Shown in pieces: positions 57,031-64,000 of a DNA stretch of 64,000 nt (the first letter of the stretch is position 1; each line of letters opens with the position of its first letter). A program made the translations under genes and the position numbers. The notes under the pieces are model-generated. The model saw only the letters and a program-made list of their open reading frames with translations, did no database searches and was not told the DNA's origin. Source of the DNA: Flavobacteriales bacterium (GTDB lineage Bacteria; Bacteroidota; Bacteroidia; Palsa-965); assembly GCA_040377305.1 (NCBI GenBank), contig JBEIPA010000006.1, positions 96,001-160,000 of the forward strand. The letters run 5' to 3'.

Positions 57031-58209
57031 CTATTTGGAGTTTCTTAATTGACGGTAACGATATGCAACCCGCTCAATCGGTATACGATATTGGAATGCG
57101 AAATATTTCTGATCGTCGAACTTCTCGTTGAACGCCTTGTTCACTTCGTAAGAAAAGGCGCATGCACCGAACTCAAGACTGCAGAACAGGTTCATAAATT
57201 CTCCATTCTCAGAGTGAACGTATGGACTGTCTTTCGTGAACCAGTTGTAACCAATACCACCTCCAATCATGAAGCGTGTGAAGAATGTATTGCTCCCTTT
57301 CGACACATTCAGGTTAATCGACAAGCGACCCATAGCACGAGTTGCACTCAAATCATCGCCGTCCGGAGTTGTGATCTTTCCTGTCTCTGCGATAAGATCG
57401 TATCCAAAGTTGCCCGCTCGTCCGGATTGTGTAAGACCATACATCAACGTCTTGTTGTTTCCGTTCTTCAGATTCCAGCTGCACACACGTGGTCCTAATG
57501 AAATATGTGCACCGATATTTCTGCGATATACATCTTCCGTAAATGGGACATAATACGTTGTCCATTCTGTGGTGTTATAATCTATTTCTCTGCCTTCACT
57601 CCAAACGTAGTATCCGGAGTTGGTGTGATCGAAACTCAATTCCGGATCCATGACTTCCATCAAGCCATCGAACTGAAGGACTATTGCAGGTGCAATCATG
57701 AATTTGCTTCGCTTCAATCCGGGAACGTTGTCAAATCCAACTACAGCATTCACTTTGAAATCAATTACAACGTAAGGCAACTGCAAGCTTATTCCCGGAG
57801 AGAAAGTTCCTTGGGCACTTTTTTGTCCGTCGCTTCCCATTATTCCAAATCCACCAGCAAGGAAAGGAACTACACTGGCTCCTTTGATACCATACTGTCG
57901 TCTACCGAAGCCAAGAGCGCGTATCGGAAAATTAACACCGAGGTAGACATTATAAAACAATTTCTGGGAGTCAAGTGGGGTTGTGAATTTCCCAGCGTAA
58001 TAACCCATCTCAACAACTTTGGTGCGGATATTAATACCGCGCAACGGCTCGGAAGAATAACCGCTGCTGAGCGTCTTAGGGATGACGTAATTAAATCCCG
58101 CTGTGTTGCGCGCGTATGGAATCTGTGCATTCACTGCAGCGCAGGTTAACATGAGCAACATCAGAATAAGATGTACGCGCTTCAATTTTAAGGAGATGAA
58201 TTTTTGCAT
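57031..58209 (-). CDS. Exported hypothetical protein, probable tandem beta-barrel
   Basis: Signal ..VNA|Q; two halves with similar strands (PFLAGGFGIM / RFMIGGGIGYN). Confidence 0.7.
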   Translation of the reverse strand: MQKFISLKLKRVHLILMLLMLTCAAVNAQIPYARNTAGFNYVIPKTLSSGYSSEPLRGINIRTKVVEMGYYAGKFTTPLDSQKLFYNVYLGVNFPIRALGFGRRQYGIKGASVVPFLAGGFGIMGSDGQKSAQGTFSPGISLQLPYVVIDFKVNAVVGFDNVPGLKRSKFMIAPAIVLQFDGLMEVMDPELSFDHTNSGYYVWSEGREIDYNTTEWTTYYVPFTEDVYRRNIGAHISLGPRVCSWNLKNGNNKTLMYGLTQSGRAGNFGYDLIAETGKITTPDGDDLSATRAMGRLSINLNVSKGSNTFFTRFMIGGGIGYNWFTKDSPYVHSENGEFMNLFCSLEFGACAFSYEVNKAFNEKFDDQKYFAFQYRIPIERVAYRYRQLRNSK

Positions 58210-58210
58210 G

Positions 58211-58933
58211 TTAGTCTTTTACACAACGTATGTAACATCCGTTGTTATATGGAAAATCAAGAAACTCGTGTTCTGGTAAAGCGAGTGTAGGATCGAGATC
58301 ACTTGTTATTTTCGTATACCATGCATGCGGATATCCTGGCGAAGATGGCAGATAATGCGTGGATGACCAGAAGTAACAATTTGTACGCATGTCATAGAAA
58401 TCTCCATACGGATCGCGATAGCCTCCGGGGAGCGCAGCAAATCCATATTCGTCGGTTGCTTCTTCATTGTTCACGAGCCAATGCTTGAATCCAAACTCAC
58501 GCAAGCGATTTCCGGCATCCGCATTTCCGCAGTAAGCCATGAGACCTATCCATTCATAATATGAAGGAACATGCCATCCGGGAGGAGCAATGCCACGCGG
58601 ATCATTCACCGCATGAAAATTGTACATAAGTCCGTAAATCGATTCCGCTTCGTGGTGATGTGCATAGGAGCACAAGGCGCCGCTGTCTGTTTGATCCCAA
58701 TCGGAAACGAACTCCACATACTCAATCGAATCACCGTTATTATATCGTGTTGACCGAAGATTTTCTGCCATCCACTCCCGTCCATTGATGTTCACGGTGC
58801 GGTATACATTACCCTGCAGATCGACCACAGAATCCGTATACAAGAAAGGTGTGTGTTCCGGAACCGGGGTTTCTTCTTTGCAACTGCATAAAGTACAAAC
58901 GAATAATATCGGAATGAGATATTTCAGCGGCAT
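58211..58933 (-). CDS. FISUMP (Fibrobacter succinogenes major paralogous) domain lipoprotein
   Basis: Lipobox LCSC; DLQGNVYRTV, WMAENL, YGLMYN, APPGWHVPS..EW, GFAALPGGYR, IRCVKD. Confidence 0.92.
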   Translation of the reverse strand: MPLKYLIPILFVCTLCSCKEETPVPEHTPFLYTDSVVDLQGNVYRTVNINGREWMAENLRSTRYNNGDSIEYVEFVSDWDQTDSGALCSYAHHHEAESIYGLMYNFHAVNDPRGIAPPGWHVPSYYEWIGLMAYCGNADAGNRLREFGFKHWLVNNEEATDEYGFAALPGGYRDPYGDFYDMRTNCYFWSSTHYLPSSPGYPHAWYTKITSDLDPTLALPEHEFLDFPYNNGCYIRCVKD

Positions 58934-58942
58934 ACGTTGGGG

Positions 58943-60655
58943 TTATTGTTGTTTAACTATGCGGATCACTTCCGACGAATCGTCAGTATACAACTTTACA
59001 ACATACATGCCGTCTGCGTAGGGAGTGAGGTCCAACGAAAGTAGTAATTCACTGCCTCCAGTTTTCTGGTCAGAATAAATAATCTGTCCGGTTGAATTCA
59101 TCACTTCAACTGTTGTAACTGGTGAAGTAGAATTCTTCATCTGAAGATTTACGCTGCCTGTGGTTGGATTCGGGTATGCCGTGACATTCTGCATTGCATT
59201 TGCTTCAGCAACGTCAGTGGATAACTGGTTCAGTTTTATAATATACGGATCGCGGAAGAAGCCGTTACCAAGAAGCATCGTAACACCGGATCCCGGATCT
59301 GCATCCATTGAAAATCGGAACGTGCCTGTAACGTATACGTTGTAAGCAGCGTCTGTCGCTATACAAAATGCATCGTCCTGTGCCTGATCTCCCGCTGCGA
59401 AAGCCCATGCAAAACCACCCGCAGAATCTAACTTGCAGACGAAAAGATCAGTAGCAGATTGAGTGCCCGCGGTAATGCTGTAAACTCCAACACCCGGATC
59501 AAAATCAGTTGTGCCACGATAGGCGCCGACCACGTAAATTGCGCCTGACGCATCTGTAGCGATGCTATATGCTTCATTCAGACTTCCGCCGGAGAAATTT
59601 TTTGCCCAAATCAAATTTCCAACCGCTGAGAGCTTCACGACGAAAATGTCTCCACCAGCCTGCGATGAAGCTGTATAAACACCTGGTCCCGGATCAAAAT
59701 CAGTTGAAGCTCCAAAAACTCCTGCCAGCACAACATTACCACTAATGTCTACTGTGAGTGTCCAGCAATAAGAATTTGTGTTGGGCCCGCTGATCTGTTT
59801 TGCCCAAACAAAATTACCAGCATTGTCGAGCTTGCTAATGAAAACATCCTGCAATCCGGTTGGTGTGAGATTGAATGTTGCCGCACCCGGATCGAAATCA
59901 GTGGGTGATATAAATCTTCCGGCTGTGTAAACATTTCCCGAAGCATCGAGCGCAATATCAAATGCCTCAACGTTTCCATTAGCATAGAACTGCGAAGCCC
60001 AGACAAAATTTCCGGAAGCATCCAGTTTACTCACATACGCATTGGGCGGACCACCAGCAGATAAAACCGTTACACCTGCACCTGGATCGAAATCCACACC
60101 GCCCGCAAACCATCCGGTGGTGTAAACATCTCCGTTTGCATCTACTACAATTCCATGACCTTCCTGGTAATCGGAGCCACCCAATTGCGCAACCCACACG
60201 AGAGCGCCGGAAGTATTCAGTTTACATACAAAGATGTCCGATACTTGCACCGATGTGAGAACATTGGATCCTGCACCGGGATCAAAATCACCAATACCTG
60301 TAAAACATCCGGTGACATGGATATTACCCGATTCATCTACGTCGATTGCGTACGCGTAACAATCACTGCCCGCTCCCAATTGCACTGCCCACAGAAAATT
60401 TCCTGTCGCGTCAAACTTGCTTACAAAAGCTGCAGATCCGACGGTGGTGCTCATATTAAAAACAGCCGGGCCCGGATCAAAATCGACTGTGTCTGTGAAG
60501 TCACCGATCGAATAAACGTTACCGCTAGAATCAATATCAATTCCTTTGCCGTGATCGTCACTCGTGCCACCCCACGCGCGAGCCCACTCGAGATTTTGAG
60601 AAGTTGCCTGAACGGCTATAAAAATGCCGACACATAGAAGAAGATTCTTTATCAT
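58943..60655 (-). CDS. SBBP beta-propeller repeat protein with a T9SS type A CTD
   Basis: Seven repeats of D.SGNVY..G.F....DFDPG....F.SKLD..GNF.WA; AYPNPTTG...GMYVVKL. Confidence 0.92.
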   Translation of the reverse strand: MIKNLLLCVGIFIAVQATSQNLEWARAWGGTSDDHGKGIDIDSSGNVYSIGDFTDTVDFDPGPAVFNMSTTVGSAAFVSKFDATGNFLWAVQLGAGSDCYAYAIDVDESGNIHVTGCFTGIGDFDPGAGSNVLTSVQVSDIFVCKLNTSGALVWVAQLGGSDYQEGHGIVVDANGDVYTTGWFAGGVDFDPGAGVTVLSAGGPPNAYVSKLDASGNFVWASQFYANGNVEAFDIALDASGNVYTAGRFISPTDFDPGAATFNLTPTGLQDVFISKLDNAGNFVWAKQISGPNTNSYCWTLTVDISGNVVLAGVFGASTDFDPGPGVYTASSQAGGDIFVVKLSAVGNLIWAKNFSGGSLNEAYSIATDASGAIYVVGAYRGTTDFDPGVGVYSITAGTQSATDLFVCKLDSAGGFAWAFAAGDQAQDDAFCIATDAAYNVYVTGTFRFSMDADPGSGVTMLLGNGFFRDPYIIKLNQLSTDVAEANAMQNVTAYPNPTTGSVNLQMKNSTSPVTTVEVMNSTGQIIYSDQKTGGSELLLSLDLTPYADGMYVVKLYTDDSSEVIRIVKQQ

Positions 60656-60755
60656 GGATTTTGGTTGTTTAGCGCAACAGATTCAGCATCCGAAGCGAAA
60701 CAAATATTGTCCAAAAACCAAAGCAGGAAATCAGTAATGTGCGGTATTCAGAGCG

Positions 60756-60771
60756 TACGTGTTTTCACGTA
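60756..60771. promoter_or_regulatory. Putative NarL/LuxR-type operator upstream of the SBBP operon
   Basis: TACGTG-TTTT-CACGTA palindrome about 48 nt upstream of an AATATTTG -7-like element (60701-60708, minus). Confidence 0.6.
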
Positions 60772-60784
60772 GCGACACTTGTTC

Positions 60785-61426
60785 TTAGAGTAAGCGATTT
60801 TCGAATGCGTACTTCATCATCCCCACTGTTGTCTTGCAACCGATTTTGTCGAGAATGTTTCTGCGATGCGTTTCAACCGTGCGCGCACTGAGACTTAGTT
60901 TATCTGCAATTGCGGCAGTATTCAATTCGTCGGCAACGAGTTTCACGATTTCAATTTCACGCGGAGAGAGAACCATCTGCGTGGTGAGCTTCTGCTTCAT
61001 TCGTGACTTCACCATGATCTCCATGATCTCGCGGCTATAGAACGTTCCGTTGTCGGCAATCTGATCGAGTGCTTTCTGTAATTCTTCCTTGCCCGTATTC
61101 TTGAGAATATATCCTTCGGCTTCCGCCATCAGAATTTCTTTGATGGTAGCAAGATCGTTGTACATGGTAATGACAAGCACTCGTGTTTCGGGATACTCAG
61201 TCTTCACGTGGCGTGCGAGTTCTGTTCCGCGCATCCCCGGCATACTTACGTCGGTGATAACAACATCCACAGTAATTTCTTTGAGCTGGCGCAATGCATC
61301 TTCGCCACTGTTTGCTTCACCCACAAATTCAAAGCGCGATTCACTTCGCAATAACGATTTGAGGCCATCGATGAACATCTGATGATCATCAACAAAGAAT
61401 AAGCGGATGGGTCCGAGCGGTGACAT
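60785..61426 (-). CDS. NarL/LuxR family response regulator
   Basis: VDDHQMF, TDVSMPG, GYILK, LSPREIEIV...IADKLSLSARTVETHR. Confidence 0.95.
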   Translation of the reverse strand: MSPLGPIRLFFVDDHQMFIDGLKSLLRSESRFEFVGEANSGEDALRQLKEITVDVVITDVSMPGMRGTELARHVKTEYPETRVLVITMYNDLATIKEILMAEAEGYILKNTGKEELQKALDQIADNGTFYSREIMEIMVKSRMKQKLTTQMVLSPREIEIVKLVADELNTAAIADKLSLSARTVETHRRNILDKIGCKTTVGMMKYAFENRLL

Positions 61427-61429
61427 GTG

Positions 61430-64000
61430 TTAATGGAAAGATACGGATAGAAACACAGAAGTCCCCTTCCCTTTTTCAGATTTTACATCGATTTCTCCAT
61501 TGAGGATTTCAACGCGAGAATAGATGTTCTTCCAGCCAATTCCCTCTGAAGTGGCAATTGTAGATACATCGAAACTTCTTCCGTTATCAGCAATGTGGAG
61601 CTGAAGGCGTGCATTCACAATTTTCATGTCAATGGTGATCTGATCAGCGCCCGAATGCCTGATCATGTTGTTCAGAATTTCCTGTACAATGCGATACACG
61701 GCAATCTCAACAGTCTCCGGAAATCGCTGTTCGAGTTCGGTGTTAAACACAACCTGAATTTTTCCGGAATCGTTGATCTTATCGGCAAGATCGTTCACGG
61801 CCTCAATCAGACCGGAACGAATCAACGCACCCGGCATCATGTTATGTGAAATCGTTCGCACTTCAGAACAGGCTTCATCCAACAGCGCGAGTGAATTCTT
61901 CCAGAGCTGTGCATCTTTATCAGGCAATGGCGAATCAACTGCGGAAATATTGAGTCGTGCGGTAGATAACAACTGACCGAGCCCATCATGCAATTCTTCG
62001 GCGATGCGTTTTCGCTCTCGTTCTTCCGTTTCAATGATTGCGTTCATGCGCGCACTTTGCTTGAGGCTGAACTCATGTGTTTGAGTGCGCACTTGCCTGC
62101 GGAAATAATAACGTACTGTGACTACCATGAACAGCAATCCGAGAACTATTGCTGACACAATGAACCAAGCAGTTTGCCAGAACGGTGGTGTAATTGTAAT
62201 GCGGAGCTCATGCGGCATATTGTTCCATACTCCGTCGTTGTTCGCTGCTGTCAACTGAAACGTGTATTTGCCGGGATCAAGATTTACAAAACGTGCGAAG
62301 CGTGCATCTTCTGCTTCCACCCAATTTGTATCGAGTCCCAGCAAGCGATAACGAAATGTGTTTCGGGCAGGATCAGAATACTCCACGGCCGTGTACTCCA
62401 GCAGGAGATTATTATCCGTGTAGTCGAGTTCAATGTGCGTTTTGTATTCAATTGTTGAGTCCAGCGCGAAAGGCTTGTCGAAAATCTTAAATCCGGTGAG
62501 CACGCATTCGGGTGCATACGGATTGTCTTTGATCGCATCGGGATAAAAATGATTGAAGCCATTTACGCCACCGAAATATAATTCACCATCAGTTGTTTTG
62601 TAAAATGCGTTTGTGTTGAACTCGTTGGATTGCAATCCGTCCGTCACCGTGTAATTCCGGAATGATTCTTTCGCAGGATCAAAACGGGAGAGTCCTTTGT
62701 TCGTGCTGAGCCATAACTGGTCTTCTTCATCACCCAGGATTCCGTACACAAATGTATTCGGCATTCCGTCTTTCTCCGTGTACATTCTGCTGATAGTACG
62801 GGCTTGTGCATCAACTCGTCCCAATCCGTGATCAGTTCCTGCCCACATGACATTATCGTCCGACTCGTAAAGACATTTCACCATGCCGGTATTCGGAATG
62901 AAAAGTTTCAACTCATGCGGATCACCATTCATGCTATAATAAATTCCGTGTGAAGATCCCATCCACAAGCCCCCGCTATGATCCGTGCAAAAGCACTCTA
63001 CGTTTGCCCGCACGTTGACGGGATCGTATACGTACGAATTCACAATCGGTTTGATACCATACAGTCCGTTGAAAAGACCAACCAGAATCGTACCGTTATT
63101 CATTCTGTAAATCGTTTTTCCCACACGGGTAGTCACACCGCTGTCCCCTTGAACAACCGGACGAGCAAGCTGCGATGATCCCGGCTCTGCTACCATGATT
63201 CCGTCAAGTGTACATGCCCAGGTTCGTTTCATAGAATCAACAACCACATTGTAAATCACCGGTTGCACATTTCCAGAAGTGGTGATGTAACGGTAATCTC
63301 CTGTGTGCGTATTCACCACGTTGATTCCCTGGTCGTACGTTCCGATCAGCATTTCATCTCCCATCTGCGCAAAGCATTTCATAAAATTGCTCCTCAGTCC
63401 ACCAACCGATGCCGCGTTACGGCATGTGTGGTTGAATGGTTTTTGTTTTGTATCGAATCGTTGCAGACCTGCCGGATCTGTTCCGACCCATACATTTCCT
63501 GAACGGTCAAGAAGCATAGAGATGATCCGATGTCCGATACCACTCATCGTTTCGGCAGGATTGCCTTTCAATTCTATTTCACCGGTGACCTCATTGATCC
63601 GATATATAAATCCATCGTTGCTTCCGCACCACGTACTGTTCTCGTTCTCTACTAACAAAGCTGTGATTAGACTTGCATTTTCCGGCGCAACAGGCATTGT
63701 GTAAATCGTAGTCGCCCCCGTGCCAGGATGATAGGCAATCACTTTTCCTTGTGATCCGATGCGTAAGGAACCGTCGGCAGATTGCAGGAGTGCACACACT
63801 GGCATAGTATCAGTAGAACCCGGCTCCATCAATACAACCTCACGATACGTTTTGTCAACGAGAGAAAATGAACGCACCTTCGAGTGCAAATTGTTCGCGT
63901 ACCAGATTTCGCCCGCGACTGAATCGTAACAGCAGAGGCTGTTTGCCGGAAAAGAATGAAGTGCCTGAGGAAATTGCTGAATAATTTTGTGCTGTGATAT
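61430..64000 (-). CDS. Sensor histidine kinase (beta-propeller, YYY, TM, HisKA_3, HATPase); 5' end beyond the window
   Basis: GLQSNEFN, FGGVNG, FRYRLLG, PPFWQT, ERKRIAEELHDGLGQ, QEILNN, DNGRSF, GIGWKNI; frame is open to the window end. Confidence 0.95.
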   Translation of the reverse strand: MSQHKIIQQFPQALHSFPANSLCCYDSVAGEIWYANNLHSKVRSFSLVDKTYREVVLMEPGSTDTMPVCALLQSADGSLRIGSQGKVIAYHPGTGATTIYTMPVAPENASLITALLVENENSTWCGSNDGFIYRINEVTGEIELKGNPAETMSGIGHRIISMLLDRSGNVWVGTDPAGLQRFDTKQKPFNHTCRNAASVGGLRSNFMKCFAQMGDEMLIGTYDQGINVVNTHTGDYRYITTSGNVQPVIYNVVVDSMKRTWACTLDGIMVAEPGSSQLARPVVQGDSGVTTRVGKTIYRMNNGTILVGLFNGLYGIKPIVNSYVYDPVNVRANVECFCTDHSGGLWMGSSHGIYYSMNGDPHELKLFIPNTGMVKCLYESDDNVMWAGTDHGLGRVDAQARTISRMYTEKDGMPNTFVYGILGDEEDQLWLSTNKGLSRFDPAKESFRNYTVTDGLQSNEFNTNAFYKTTDGELYFGGVNGFNHFYPDAIKDNPYAPECVLTGFKIFDKPFALDSTIEYKTHIELDYTDNNLLLEYTAVEYSDPARNTFRYRLLGLDTNWVEAEDARFARFVNLDPGKYTFQLTAANNDGVWNNMPHELRITITPPFWQTAWFIVSAIVLGLLFMVVTVRYYFRRQVRTQTHEFSLKQSARMNAIIETEERERKRIAEELHDGLGQLLSTARLNISAVDSPLPDKDAQLWKNSLALLDEACSEVRTISHNMMPGALIRSGLIEAVNDLADKINDSGKIQVVFNTELEQRFPETVEIAVYRIVQEILNNMIRHSGADQITIDMKIVNARLQLHIADNGRSFDVSTIATSEGIGWKNIYSRVEILNGEIDVKSEKGKGTSVFLSVSFH

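Noticed and set aside
28-63797. Many long antisense or overlapping ORFs in the track (e.g. 3070-3699, 18144-18743, 29028-29768, 30014-30625, 43498-44214, 57505-58149)
   Set aside because: They lie opposite well-supported genes, have no recognisable motifs, and are expected shadow ORFs
47088-64000. Prophage, genomic island or defence system in the accessory-looking right end
   Set aside because: No integrase, phage, toxin or nuclease genes and no obvious compositional break; the gene types are typical of T9SS-rich Bacteroidota

Overview
64 kb of mostly core chromosome from an aerobic Bacteroidota. The assignment rests on T9SS cargo and PorP genes, TAnnTTTG promoters, and a Flavobacterium-type alternative complex III plus aa3 oxidase operon. 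Housekeeping content: ubiX (partial), queG, pirin, an Mla/Mce ABC system, ruvB, actABCDEF-coxII-coxI, yceD-rpmF-plsX-fabH-accB-accC, pdxA, pepA and mqnC. Accessory content: a methyltransferase plus homogentisate prenyltransferase pair, a six-gene fatty-acid modification (ufa/cfa-like) cluster, a C5-epimerase-like protein, several T9SS surface proteins, two class III cyclases, and a sensor kinase/LuxR pair upstream of an SBBP-FISUMP-beta-barrel operon. I saw no rRNA, tRNA, CRISPR array, transposase or integrase. The best candidate for an undescribed system is 3.8-8.3 kb. There a tocopherol/plastoquinone-type prenyltransferase operon is divergent from an Mce lipid transporter whose operon ends in two paralogous 57-58 aa membrane microproteins missed by the ORF track. 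Intergenic DNA is dense in small repeat families: a ~100-bp unit in 4 copies, 7/8-nt and 9-nt periodic tracts, and nested palindromes. There is also a degenerate duplicate of the accC 3' end and a 5-bp duplication that frameshifts one gene start. All calls come from reading motifs by eye; no database searches were run.
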